Virus record (IMG/VR): IMGVR_UViG_3300005686_000008
Source of the DNA: a virus
Lineage: Duplodnaviria > Caudoviricetes
Direction: 5' to 3' (one strand)
Length of the DNA: 64,000 nucleotides
Shown here: positions 10,036-19,398 of the stretch, piece after piece
How positions within the stretch are numbered: position 1 is the first letter of the stretch
Layout: every line of letters begins with the position of its first letter
Position numbers and translations under genes: made by a program
Notes under the pieces: generated by a model
What the model was told of the DNA's origin: nothing
The model's database searches: none
The model's input: only the letters and a program-made list of their open reading frames with translations

Positions 10036-10500
10036 ATGGATTTTGAAATTCAATTTTCCGATCTAACTCTTTTGGAAGCAAATGGACATTTTGCTGATGT
10101 TTGTAAAATTATGTCAGATGTTGCGAACAAGACGGGAGCATTCAATAACAAAGGCGACTGGATGATCCGTTCTAAGGTTACAATATTGAGTCCATTTGGT
10201 TTCGCTTTTTTGATATGTCATTTTTATAATAATGGTAAAGTGTATATATCTGAATATATGCCATCTAATAAAGATTTGCACAATACAGATATTCGCTGCC
10301 TTACATATTGGTGTAATGAGTTTGGATGGAAAACCCCGGAACCGCTACCAGGTGTTGTTGAATCTTGGCTTGAATTTTGGAAAGCTGAATGGGATACTCA
10401 TATTATAGATTCAGCATATCTTGATAAAAGATTTGGAGAGAGAAAAGAAATGGTGTTTGAAGAGCTAGATGAAGATGAAGATCTTGAGGATTTATCATGA
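10036..10500 (+). CDS. hypothetical protein, acidic C-terminus
   Basis: In-operon ORF with ATGA overlap to the next gene. Confidence 0.65.
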   Translation: MDFEIQFSDLTLLEANGHFADVCKIMSDVANKTGAFNNKGDWMIRSKVTILSPFGFAFLICHFYNNGKVYISEYMPSNKDLHNTDIRCLTYWCNEFGWKTPEPLPGVVESWLEFWKAEWDTHIIDSAYLDKRFGERKEMVFEELDEDEDLEDLS

Positions 10501-10697
10501 TTTGCCCTTTTTGTTCAAATGATATTGGTGAAAGATTGAACGTGTTTGGCACGATATGTACGAAGTGTAGTAAGTACATACCTCCGCCTAAAGAACCGAG
10601 TTTTGTTTTAGTCACAAAAGATAACCTCAGAAGAAATCAAGAAAAAATCAGGGGTTTTATAAGAAAGAAAATGATAGGAGACACAAATGGCAATTAA
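10497..10697 (+). CDS. small zinc-ribbon protein
   Basis: CPFC...CTKC. Confidence 0.6.
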   Translation: MICPFCSNDIGERLNVFGTICTKCSKYIPPPKEPSFVLVTKDNLRRNQEKIRGFIRKKMIGDTNGN

Positions 10698-11277
10698 GTC
10701 TAATAAGAGAATAGATTTTGAATACGAGCATGAGAGCGGAGGAAATACTTACTCCATTTCTTTGAGGCTTTTTGAGTCTCAAGAATATGGCCCTTGCATA
10801 GGTTTGTTAGATGAAAATGGAGAGGTTGCAACATCTCTTCCTGTCGCTATGTTCCCAGAAGTAACAGAGTTTCTTGTTACTCAGGGTGTTATAGAGGGGA
10901 GAAGGCCATCAACTTCTCCTTCATTGCCTAAGCCTGTTGCTAAGCTTTCTGCTCCGGTTGCTCGTCCATCCCTTCCTAAGCCTCGCCTCGTTCAGTCTAA
11001 GCAGTCTGTAAATCCTCTTAAACCATCAAGAGAGGTTGTTATAGTTGATTTAGAAAATGATACTGGCGGAACAGAGGAAGAAGATACTATTAGACAGATA
11101 CAAGAAGCTGTAGAAGGAAGTAGCCCTGCAACATCTCTTGTTACTAAAGCCGAACAATCTCCGGTTATCTCTGATGAAGAGGCAAGGTTGATTTTGGAAG
11201 AAAGGCAGAACGCTATGAAGAAGGCTCAAACTGCCGCAAAGAGAATACGCAAAAAGTCTGATGAGGATGAAGAATGA
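10687..11277 (+). CDS. hypothetical protein with Pro-rich linker
   Basis: SD AGGAG; in-operon. Confidence 0.65.
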   Translation: MAIKSNKRIDFEYEHESGGNTYSISLRLFESQEYGPCIGLLDENGEVATSLPVAMFPEVTEFLVTQGVIEGRRPSTSPSLPKPVAKLSAPVARPSLPKPRLVQSKQSVNPLKPSREVVIVDLENDTGGTEEEDTIRQIQEAVEGSSPATSLVTKAEQSPVISDEEARLILEERQNAMKKAQTAAKRIRKKSDEDEE

Positions 11278-11525
11278 GTATCTACAAGTGTAAACTTGTT
11301 CCGCTTGATAGATTGCCGGTTGGTCCAGTTGGGGTTGTTTGTCCTCTTTGCAATGATTGCGAAACACGAGACTGTACCAACCCAATAGAACCAGTCAAGA
11401 TAACTGTTTTTGGTAGGCAGGTTAATTGGAAGATATATAAAAAGAGTCATATAGCATCTATAGTTGTTCAATGCGCAGGTTATAGTAAAGATAATGCCAT
11501 ATTACCAATATCAGATTCTGAATGA
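11274..11525 (+). CDS. small Cys-rich hypothetical protein
   Basis: CPLCNDC...C; ATGA overlap. Confidence 0.55.
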   Translation: MSIYKCKLVPLDRLPVGPVGVVCPLCNDCETRDCTNPIEPVKITVFGRQVNWKIYKKSHIASIVVQCAGYSKDNAILPISDSE

Positions 11526-11772
11526 TAAAGACGAGCCTACCGGCGAAGTCATAGAAATCTTTCAAAAGATGAGTGAAGATTCTCTAACTATAGATCCAGA
11601 AAGTGGCAAGAAGATTCGCAAAGCGATTACCGCTCCTGCTGTAAAAGATGGAAGGCCTGTGTGGGAAAGGTGTGCAGACGTAAGAGAACATCTGCGAAAC
11701 ACAAAACCTAAATGGGTTAATGACAAAGAAAAAGGCATAAGAGAAAGATTTGATCCTAAAAAACATACCTAG
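11494..11772 (+). CDS. FmdB-family zinc-ribbon-like protein lacking the Cys ligands
   Basis: MPYYQY...GEVIEIFQKMSEDSLTIDPESGKKIRKAI matches the FmdB pattern MPxYxYxCxxCG..FE..QKM....CPxCG without the Cys residues. Confidence 0.6.
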   Translation: MPYYQYQILNDKDEPTGEVIEIFQKMSEDSLTIDPESGKKIRKAITAPAVKDGRPVWERCADVREHLRNTKPKWVNDKEKGIRERFDPKKHT

Positions 11773-11780
11773 TGTTCTTG

Positions 11781-11808
11781 TAGGTATTGGATTTCTTTAG
11801 GACGATAA
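11781..11808 (+). promoter_or_regulatory. putative promoter TAGG-N16-GACGATAA, 6 nt before dnaE ATG
   Basis: Sigma28-like -10 (consensus GCCGATAA); no SD before ATG 11815. Confidence 0.5.
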
Positions 11809-11814
11809 TCAACC

Positions 11815-14352
11815 ATGACTAGAATCATAAGCAATAGTGATTTTGTGCATCTGCATAATCATTCCGAGTATTCGTCGTTTGATGGGCTGAATAAGATATC
11901 TCAGTTTCCAAAGGCTGCTAAGGAAATGGGATTTAAGGCCTTGGCCTTGACTGACCACGGTAATATTGGCGGCGCTATCAAGTTTATTCAAGAATGTAAT
12001 GGTATTGGAATAAAGCCTATTGTGGGATGTCTTCTTAGAGGACAAGAAATAGTTACCTCTAAAGGGATTAAATCTGTTGAGAATATCATAGAAGGTGATT
12101 TAGTCCTGACTCATAATGGAAGATTCCGTAAGGTATTGTCTACTTCCAGAAGAATCCATAATGGAAGTTTTTATACTCTTAAGTTTTCAGGACTAGGTAG
12201 GACTATAACCGTAACAGATGAGCATCCATTATTGGTTAGAACAATAGAAAATAAGGATATAGATAAAGCGGTTCCAGAACATTCTAATTTACTTAAATGG
12301 GTTCGAGCAGATCAATTGATAGCAGGAAGAACATCCAAAAAACTCGGTATGTCAACGTACAAAACTTACATATGTTTGCCAAAGCTTTTTGGAACGAATG
12401 AGGTTATAGATGTTCTCTCTTATATGCCGGAAAGATTAGGTTGTGTTGATGGTTTTATTTCAAAGATAGAAAAAATCAATAAATACGATTCATTAAAATC
12501 CTGGGATTTACCATGTGAGTTAAAACTGAATGAAGATATAAGCTATTTGCTTGGATTATTTGCTGCTGAAGGTTCTTTTTCTAGATATGAAGATCATTCA
12601 TTAAGTGGTGGTATAAGATTTTCTTTAGGAATTCATGAACAGGATTTGGCTGATAGAATTGCGGAAATTGTAGATAGATATTTTGGAATTGAAATAAATA
12701 TACAACCTAGACCTGAAAAAGGTGGAATAGAAATTAGTTTCGCTAGTTTGCCTCTTGCTTATTTATTTGAAGGACTTTGCGGTTCTGGTGCTACTGACAA
12801 AAAGGTTCCTTATGAAATTTTGACAGCTATTCCGAGTTTACGAAAAGCCTTTTTAGATGGGGTTCTTGATGGAGATGCCAAACAGGAAGGACAAAGAACT
12901 TTTAAGGTTATTTCTAAATCATTGGCTTGGGGTGTTAGGCAATTGCTGGCTGATTTAGGTCATTGGGCAACTGTTGCGGAAATAAAGCAAGAAAATAGTC
13001 AAATTGCATATGCTGTCCCTTATAATCCAGACAGGAAATATGCAAGAACGCTTCAAGACTCTCGCTATCTTTACAAGCCGTTGGTTTCCGTTTCAAAAAC
13101 AGAAGATGTTGCAGAAGTATTTAATTTTGAAGTAGAAGAAGACAATAGTTATGTTTCTGATTGCATTTTACATAATTGCGAGTTCTATCTTTCTAAGAAT
13201 CATAATCATAGAGGTGAAAAGAAAGAAGGCAACAAGATTATTGAAGGTCAGACTGATGGAAGGAAAGGCAACCGTCATCTTGTTTTAGTTGCCAAAAACT
13301 GGAAGGGTTGGCAAAACCTTTGTAGGCTATCTCAAAAGTCATGGACAGAGGGAGTATATATAGACCCTCGCATTGATATCCCTCTTCTTGCAGAGCATAG
13401 CGAAGGTCTTATGTGTAATTCTGCATGTTTGAGTAGCGTTGTTAATGCTAATCTTTTGCACGATAGATATGATCAGGCAAAGGCCGCTGTTGCTCTTTTC
13501 AAGGATATTTTCAAAGAAGATTTTCATCTAGAAGTTATGTATCACGGTATTGAAGCAGAGGGAGCTATTATACCTGACATAATCAAACTTGGCAATGAAA
13601 TGGGCGTTCCGATTATTGCAACAAATGATTGTCATTATTGCAAGAAAGAACATGGAATGTCTCAAGAGCTTCTTATGTGCATGAGTACGAGTAGGTGCTT
13701 AAACGATCCAAAGAGGCTTCACTTCCCTTATCGAGAGTTTTATCTTAAGTCTGCTCCTGAGATGGCTGTTGCTTTTGGTAATCATCCAGAGTTTCTTCTA
13801 AATACCGTGATGGTTGCTGATAAGGTTGATGCTAAGGATATATATGAAAATCTGACTTCTGGCATGAGGCTCCCAAGATATAAGATTCCCGAAGGATTTG
13901 CTTCTCCTTTTGATTTCCTTTCTCATCTTGCATGGGATGGAATGAAAAAGTTTGGATGGGATCAAAGTCAACCTCATATTGACAGATTGAAGAGAGAACT
14001 TGAAGACGTTCGAGTTGCTTGGGATAATAACAAATACGATTTCGCCACTTACTTCCTTATTGTGCGAGATTATATACAGAAGGCTAAGGATCAAAATATC
14101 CTCACTGGTTGCGGTAGAGGTTCTGGTTATGCTAGTGTTCTTCTGAGAGTTTTGGGCATTTCGTATGGGCCAGATCCATTGAAGTATGATTTGATTTGGG
14201 AAAGGTTTCTTGGTTTTGATGATAAGCATTTTATTCAGGATCAAGATTTCTTTGGAGAAGTTACTGTTAGTAAAGAAGATGCTTCTGGTCATGAGGAACT
14301 GTTTGAAGATAGAGATGTTACGGATGACGCGGGCGGCGTAGATAGGTATTGA
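11815..14352 (+). CDS. dnaE: DNA polymerase III alpha subunit, N-terminal part (PHP + start of palm), intein-containing
   Basis: HLHNHSEYS..DG, ALTDHG, KPIVG/CE, RHLVLVAKN..GWQNL, ATNDCHY, YFLIV.D, GRGSG, DPLKYDLIWERFL; ends before the catalytic PDID. Confidence 0.95.
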   Translation: MTRIISNSDFVHLHNHSEYSSFDGLNKISQFPKAAKEMGFKALALTDHGNIGGAIKFIQECNGIGIKPIVGCLLRGQEIVTSKGIKSVENIIEGDLVLTHNGRFRKVLSTSRRIHNGSFYTLKFSGLGRTITVTDEHPLLVRTIENKDIDKAVPEHSNLLKWVRADQLIAGRTSKKLGMSTYKTYICLPKLFGTNEVIDVLSYMPERLGCVDGFISKIEKINKYDSLKSWDLPCELKLNEDISYLLGLFAAEGSFSRYEDHSLSGGIRFSLGIHEQDLADRIAEIVDRYFGIEINIQPRPEKGGIEISFASLPLAYLFEGLCGSGATDKKVPYEILTAIPSLRKAFLDGVLDGDAKQEGQRTFKVISKSLAWGVRQLLADLGHWATVAEIKQENSQIAYAVPYNPDRKYARTLQDSRYLYKPLVSVSKTEDVAEVFNFEVEEDNSYVSDCILHNCEFYLSKNHNHRGEKKEGNKIIEGQTDGRKGNRHLVLVAKNWKGWQNLCRLSQKSWTEGVYIDPRIDIPLLAEHSEGLMCNSACLSSVVNANLLHDRYDQAKAAVALFKDIFKEDFHLEVMYHGIEAEGAIIPDIIKLGNEMGVPIIATNDCHYCKKEHGMSQELLMCMSTSRCLNDPKRLHFPYREFYLKSAPEMAVAFGNHPEFLLNTVMVADKVDAKDIYENLTSGMRLPRYKIPEGFASPFDFLSHLAWDGMKKFGWDQSQPHIDRLKRELEDVRVAWDNNKYDFATYFLIVRDYIQKAKDQNILTGCGRGSGYASVLLRVLGISYGPDPLKYDLIWERFLGFDDKHFIQDQDFFGEVTVSKEDASGHEELFEDRDVTDDAGGVDRY
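12028..13176 (+). mobile_element. intein with LAGLIDADG homing endonuclease in the DnaE PHP domain (383 aa)
   Basis: N-terminal CLLRGQEIVT, block B VTDEHP, LLGLFAAEG, FLDGVLDGD, block F/G VFNFEVEEDNSYV..CILHN followed by Cys+1; removal restores KPIVG-CEFY. Confidence 0.95.
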
Positions 14353-14362
14353 AAGGATAAAT

Positions 14363-14926
14363 ATGTCAAGCAAAATATCTTGGAAACATCCAAATGATAA
14401 TCATGGAGGAAGTGATAAAGGCAGGAGCGCTCAAGATATTGTTCGTGATTTTTTTGAAGCAAAAGGATGGACTGTAATAAAATCATCAAGAGAAGAAGAT
14501 CAATGCGGAATAGATTTTTACATAGAAGCCGGCGAGAAAAAATACTCTGTTGCGGTTTGCGGAACTTTTTACTACAAGATAAACAAAAATCATAACAGAT
14601 TGATATATTCTGGATACAAAACTGATAAGATTCCAGGCGTTAAGCATTCTAAAGCAGATATTGTTGTTTGTTATAATTCAAGTAATCCAGATTCTCTCTT
14701 TGTAGAGAAAAGAGTAAATATACTTGATTGGATTGAAAAGAATTATAAATCCTCTTTGGAAAAAGAAAACTTTTGCGATAAACCAGAAGAAATCCTTGTT
14801 ACTGGATTATTGCAAAAAAGATTAAGAAGTGAAACTGGCTATTATGATTTGTGGGCTTGTATACCTCTCTCGTTCTTTAGAAAAGTGGAGCGACCAAAAG
14901 AATCATATAAAGGACTTTTTGATTAA
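14363..14926 (+). CDS. PD-(D/E)XK nuclease-like protein, possibly degenerate
   Basis: GRSAQDIVRDFF..KGW.V..SSREEDQCGIDFYI; the expected (D/E)xK position reads AVC; SKAD. Confidence 0.45.
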   Translation: MSSKISWKHPNDNHGGSDKGRSAQDIVRDFFEAKGWTVIKSSREEDQCGIDFYIEAGEKKYSVAVCGTFYYKINKNHNRLIYSGYKTDKIPGVKHSKADIVVCYNSSNPDSLFVEKRVNILDWIEKNYKSSLEKENFCDKPEEILVTGLLQKRLRSETGYYDLWACIPLSFFRKVERPKESYKGLFD

Positions 14927-15777
14927 TGGCAGACACTATCATAAAAAGAGTTGGAGGCAAAGTGAAGATTAGAGATTGGATCATTAAGTTGCTTCCAGTT
15001 CATACTGTTTATTGCGAGCCATTTGGCGGCAGTTTTGCTGTTGGTTTTGCTATGCCACAGTCTGATGCTAATTATAGACTTGTATACAATGATTTAGATA
15101 GTCATGTTTGGAATCTTTTTAGAGTATTGCGAGACTATAAAGAAGAGTTTTTACAAAAAGTAGAACTTACTCTATATTCAAGAGAAGAATTAGAAAAAGC
15201 GGTTGAATACATTGAGTCTGAAAGAGATTTTATCAAAGAAAATCCTGTTGAATGGGCCAGAAATTATCTTATCTACAATAGACAGTCAATGTTTGGTAAA
15301 GAAGATGGAACTTGGTGTGTATCTAGAACAGGAGAGAATATTTGCTTGTCATGGGCTGCTCTTCCTGATTTTATTGATAGATGCGCTAAGTTCTTCAAGG
15401 GTGTATATATTGAAAATCTAGACTATATTGAATGTATTAAGAAATGGGATTGTCAAGAGACTTTGTTTTATCTTGATCCTCCATATAAGGATGTAGAGAA
15501 GGCCTTTTATCATGTTAATAAAACTGAAGGCTTTGATCATAAGGCTCTTTCTGAGGTTGTCAAAAAGATAGACGGAAGTTGTGCAATTTCATACTATGAT
15601 AGTCCTTTTATCCGATCTTTGTATACCGAGAGCGATGGTTTCGTATTTTATGAGAAAAATGTTGTAAAGCATATGCAGAAAATGGAAAAGAAATCATCAG
15701 CTACAGAAGTTTTGATTGTTAAGCAAAGTCGCTACGCAAAAGAAAAAGGTCGTACTGGAATGTGTTTTGGGGTTTAA
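14926..15777 (+). CDS. Dam-family DNA adenine methyltransferase
   Basis: GGK, YCEPFGGS, YNDLD, IENLDY, FYLDPPY, TEVLI. Confidence 0.92.
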   Translation: MADTIIKRVGGKVKIRDWIIKLLPVHTVYCEPFGGSFAVGFAMPQSDANYRLVYNDLDSHVWNLFRVLRDYKEEFLQKVELTLYSREELEKAVEYIESERDFIKENPVEWARNYLIYNRQSMFGKEDGTWCVSRTGENICLSWAALPDFIDRCAKFFKGVYIENLDYIECIKKWDCQETLFYLDPPYKDVEKAFYHVNKTEGFDHKALSEVVKKIDGSCAISYYDSPFIRSLYTESDGFVFYEKNVVKHMQKMEKKSSATEVLIVKQSRYAKEKGRTGMCFGV

Positions 15778-15778
15778 A

Positions 15779-17755
15779 ATGGCGGATATGAAGCAAGAAA
15801 TCCTTGATGCTGTAAAAGACAAGAGCCTTCTACCTTTGGTTGAGAAGGAGCTTGATATTATGGAAAAGACAGAGGGGCTTGATGATAAGCCTGTTCTACA
15901 AAAGTTTCATTTTATATGGAAGCACTCTGAAGGTAAAAAGGGTCATCGTAATGATATCAATTCATGGACGGCCTATGCTCTTGGGATGACTGATAAAAAG
16001 CCGGCGAATGATTCAAAGTTTTTGCCTAAACGTAGAGCTTTTGCTCGTAAGGGCTTTCCTGATATTGATTCCGATTTTGACTATGAGCGCAGAGAAGAGA
16101 TTTATAAGTATATCATAGATACATATGGAAGAGAAAACGTTGGAAACATTGGTACTTATTCTGCGCTGAAACTTCGATCATTTGTAACTAGAGCTGTCAA
16201 GGCGTTAGATCCGGAGAATTCGTTTTTCAAAGGGTATGATGCATGGAAGACGGAAACAAATCTTTTAGGCAGAGAAATTCTCGATTCTTTACCTCCCCAG
16301 TACGGAGCATTTCTAAAGATAGAGGGAGAGGATGGACAGGAACATGCGATTAAGACAGTCAAAGACGCTAATAAGTGGTGTGGCAAATTCGCTTACTACA
16401 TGCACAAATACCCTGACATATTACAACATTCAGATAGTATTGAGGGGCTATTATCAACTTTTGGAGTCCACGCTGCCGGTATTGTTATTTCTAGTGAGCC
16501 TCTAGCAGATATAGCTCCTTTGCGTCAAAGTAAGATTAAAGACGAAGATGCAGGAGATGATGGAGAGGTAAGGTTTGCTTTTGCAACACAGTTTGAGTAT
16601 AACGATCTAGAATTGCTTGGCCTAATCAAGTTTGATATTCTTGCTTTGAGTACATTGTCTGTTATAAATCAATGTTGCAAACTTGTTGAGCAAAACTATG
16701 GGATCAAGGTTGATATTTGGAACTTGCCTTTAGATGATAAGAAAACATTCGACCTATATAAAAGCGGCAAGTTGACTGGTGTATTCCAATGCGAAGAGCC
16801 GGGAATGCAAAAGGCTATGGTGAGAATCAAGGTTGATTCTCTTGATGATATCATGGCTGGTATTTCTTTGTATCGCCCCGGTCCAATGGAGTCTATTCCA
16901 ACATATTGTAATAGAAAAGATGGAACTGAAAGTATGAGTTATTTTCATCCGTCTTTGAGACAGTATATTGAACCTCATGTGAAAAAGACATACGGTTTAC
17001 TTGTTTATCAAGAACAGGTAATGCAGATTTGTAACTCTGTAGCAGGATTCTCGATTCCCGAAGGCTACGTTGTTATTAAGGCAATTGGTAAGAAGAAGCC
17101 AGAGTTGCTTGCTAAGTATAGAGCAAGGTTTATATCTGGCGCAAAAGAAAATGGTATTGAAGAGTCTGTTTCTGCTGGTTACTGGGATAAGGTAATCATG
17201 CCGTTTGCTGATTATGGCTTTAATAAGGCGCATGCTTGTTGTTACGCATACAATTCTTATATTACCGCTTACCTTAAGGCTCATTATCCAGAAGAATTCC
17301 TTACCGCATATCTGAATGTTGAGATTAACAGGTCTAAATATGAAAAGGTAGAAACTCTTGAGAAGATGGCTAACGAAATGGATATAGAGATTCTTCCAAG
17401 ACAGATAAACCAGTGTAAGTTAGAATATATGATTGTAAACAAAGCGGACCCTGCAAATGGGATTCCTCGCTCTCAAATCATGCCTTCTATCAAGTGTAAG
17501 GGTTTGAGTAAGAATGCTGCTGATGATATAGTTTCCAAACAGCCGTTTACAGATTTGGCAGACTTTGCAGAAAAAACAGATACAAAAATGGTTGATATGA
17601 AGGCTTTTGAGTCCTTATTGGCTGCTGGATTTTTCAGGCCTAAACAGGGAAGGGGTCAAAGCAGCGAGACGATAATGAAGAAATTTGAGATTATACGAGA
17701 AGATCTCAAGAAAGCACGAAAAAAGGGAGTTCCGATAGGGAACATATTTGGGTGA
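15779..17755 (+). CDS. dnaE: DNA polymerase III alpha subunit, C-terminal part (catalytic palm, thumb, fingers, HhH; no OB fold)
   Basis: PDIDSDF, GVHAAGIVI, GLIKFDILAL, GVFQCE, SLYRPGPM, VYQEQVM, YGFNKAHA, YLKAHYPEEF. Confidence 0.95.
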   Translation: MADMKQEILDAVKDKSLLPLVEKELDIMEKTEGLDDKPVLQKFHFIWKHSEGKKGHRNDINSWTAYALGMTDKKPANDSKFLPKRRAFARKGFPDIDSDFDYERREEIYKYIIDTYGRENVGNIGTYSALKLRSFVTRAVKALDPENSFFKGYDAWKTETNLLGREILDSLPPQYGAFLKIEGEDGQEHAIKTVKDANKWCGKFAYYMHKYPDILQHSDSIEGLLSTFGVHAAGIVISSEPLADIAPLRQSKIKDEDAGDDGEVRFAFATQFEYNDLELLGLIKFDILALSTLSVINQCCKLVEQNYGIKVDIWNLPLDDKKTFDLYKSGKLTGVFQCEEPGMQKAMVRIKVDSLDDIMAGISLYRPGPMESIPTYCNRKDGTESMSYFHPSLRQYIEPHVKKTYGLLVYQEQVMQICNSVAGFSIPEGYVVIKAIGKKKPELLAKYRARFISGAKENGIEESVSAGYWDKVIMPFADYGFNKAHACCYAYNSYITAYLKAHYPEEFLTAYLNVEINRSKYEKVETLEKMANEMDIEILPRQINQCKLEYMIVNKADPANGIPRSQIMPSIKCKGLSKNAADDIVSKQPFTDLADFAEKTDTKMVDMKAFESLLAAGFFRPKQGRGQSSETIMKKFEIIREDLKKARKKGVPIGNIFG

Positions 17756-17781
17756 AATGAGAATTTAGACAAACAAGAGTT

Positions 17782-17789
17782 GTCGAAGC
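17782..17789 (+). promoter_or_regulatory. putative -10 element (GTCGAAGC), 6 nt before ATG 17796
   Basis: Same motif and spacing as at 5375 and 11801. Confidence 0.35.
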
Positions 17790-17795
17790 AAGAGA

Positions 17796-18122
17796 ATGGA
17801 GAATTCTATGTCAGCAGAACAGCAAATAAGAAAATCAACGATTACCAAGAGTATAACTAGAAAGTATAACGTTGCTAGGTTTGAAACTTTGGACGTTATG
17901 ATTCAACATGAACACGAAATCGAATGGGATTCTATTGCTACTCTCAAGTCAAAGAGCAATAACATTACAACTTTGATTAGGGAAGATTTTGAAGATACTG
18001 CTAATAGGGTTTTGACAGAGCTACAGCTTAATGGATATAAGGCTTTTGTTACAAATACCCAAGAAAATAACAAAAGACCAATGACTCCGGAAGAAAAGAA
18101 AGATTTTGACGCTCTTGGTTGA
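17796..18122 (+). CDS. hypothetical protein
   Basis: ORF track; fills the gap after dnaE. Confidence 0.6.
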   Translation: MENSMSAEQQIRKSTITKSITRKYNVARFETLDVMIQHEHEIEWDSIATLKSKSNNITTLIREDFEDTANRVLTELQLNGYKAFVTNTQENNKRPMTPEEKKDFDALG

Positions 18123-18139
18123 AGTTAAAGGAAGAAGCA

Positions 18140-19351
18140 ATGCCGATAAACGATACTCTTGATGACATTTTTGGTATCCCCAAGGATGGCTCAAATATAA
18201 AAGAAGAAGCAGATGAAAGTCAAGAATCTTCTTATGCAGAGGTTGTTACTAACGTTAGTGCTGAAACGTTTGAACAAAAAGCTAAGAAGATGAGCGCCGT
18301 TTTGCCTAAAAACGCTTCTAATATTGAGGTTTCTTATGTAGAAAAAGGGGGGCAAGATGCCTCGAAAAAAGAAACAACCCAATCAACAGAGCAGCCAAAG
18401 GCAGAAGAAAAATCTAAAGCAGCAGAACAGCCAAGACCAGTCGAGCAAGAAAAAAGTAAGGACTCCTTTAAAGAAATACTGTCAAAGTCATTTCTCGGTG
18501 GAGAGCCTACCCCTAGCGAGGTACAACCCGTGGTGCAAAAACAAGCCGTTGATAATCAAGATACAGAGCCTGGAGAAGATGCTCAAGAGGAGAGCGAAAC
18601 AGTTTCCCAAGTAACTCCTTCGTATAAAGCAGATCCAGATGAAGATGGATGGATGCTTGTTGCCCCGTCTCCAATGCTTATTTCATTCTATGTTGAAAAA
18701 CAAAGATTTATTCGAGACCTTACGAAGGGTAAAAAGCCAATAAATGTAGATAAGTTACTTGCAGAGCTTGAAAATTCAACAGTAAGTATTCGTGTTGAAA
18801 TATCTGATTTACATGGTATGTCAGATAAGCTTACGACGATTCAAAGTTTTTTGGATAGGGTTGTCCAAATAAAGATTCTTGCAACAGGACAATGCGCTGC
18901 TTGTAAGAGAGGCGTAGAGCTTCTTAGGGGAGTTCTTGCTAGGGTTCTTCATGAAAAGCCAGCAGCAAAGCAAGATGGTATCATATATGAACATATGAGA
19001 GATGTTGAAATGTATGCTGCTAAAGTAGAATCTTTGGAACAATCTGCTAAGGATGTTTATCATAATCTTCTAGAAGCAAAAGAAATACTAAGTAGGAAGT
19101 TGAGTATTTCAATCGAACTTATGAAACAGCAAAATTTGCCGAATTCCTTAGAAAAGAATTATAATGCTCTACCAGACCCTGTAAAGCAGGCTATACAAGC
19201 CTCACAAAAGTCATTATCTTCAGGAAAATTGGCCGCTGAGGGGTTCGATAGCCTAGAAGTACAAGAGACCGTGAAAGCTCAAAATACAGAGGTAAAACCT
19301 CCGATACAGAAGAAGGCCGGAAAGTTGAATGAAGACTTTAGTATGGACTGA
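18140..19351 (+). CDS. hypothetical protein, disordered acidic N-half and helical C-half (possible recombination mediator)
   Basis: Low-complexity N-terminus, coiled-coil-like C-terminus, upstream of SSB/RecA. Confidence 0.6.
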   Translation: MPINDTLDDIFGIPKDGSNIKEEADESQESSYAEVVTNVSAETFEQKAKKMSAVLPKNASNIEVSYVEKGGQDASKKETTQSTEQPKAEEKSKAAEQPRPVEQEKSKDSFKEILSKSFLGGEPTPSEVQPVVQKQAVDNQDTEPGEDAQEESETVSQVTPSYKADPDEDGWMLVAPSPMLISFYVEKQRFIRDLTKGKKPINVDKLLAELENSTVSIRVEISDLHGMSDKLTTIQSFLDRVVQIKILATGQCAACKRGVELLRGVLARVLHEKPAAKQDGIIYEHMRDVEMYAAKVESLEQSAKDVYHNLLEAKEILSRKLSISIELMKQQNLPNSLEKNYNALPDPVKQAIQASQKSLSSGKLAAEGFDSLEVQETVKAQNTEVKPPIQKKAGKLNEDFSMD

Positions 19352-19370
19352 AAGATTTTGGTGAAAATAC

Positions 19371-19398
19371 TAAAGAAGTTGATATAAATTGTCGATTA
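19371..19398 (+). promoter_or_regulatory. putative promoter TAAA-N16-GTCGATTA for the SSB gene
   Basis: Resembles sigma28 TAAA-N15-GCCGATAA; lies at the start of a 287-nt intergenic region. Confidence 0.55.

Noticed and set aside
14200-15900. Group I/II intron or split intein explaining the dnaE break
   Set aside because: The interval is fully occupied by two ORFs, leaving no room for a ribozyme core. There are no Hint motifs at the fragment ends. Not formally excluded without RNA data.
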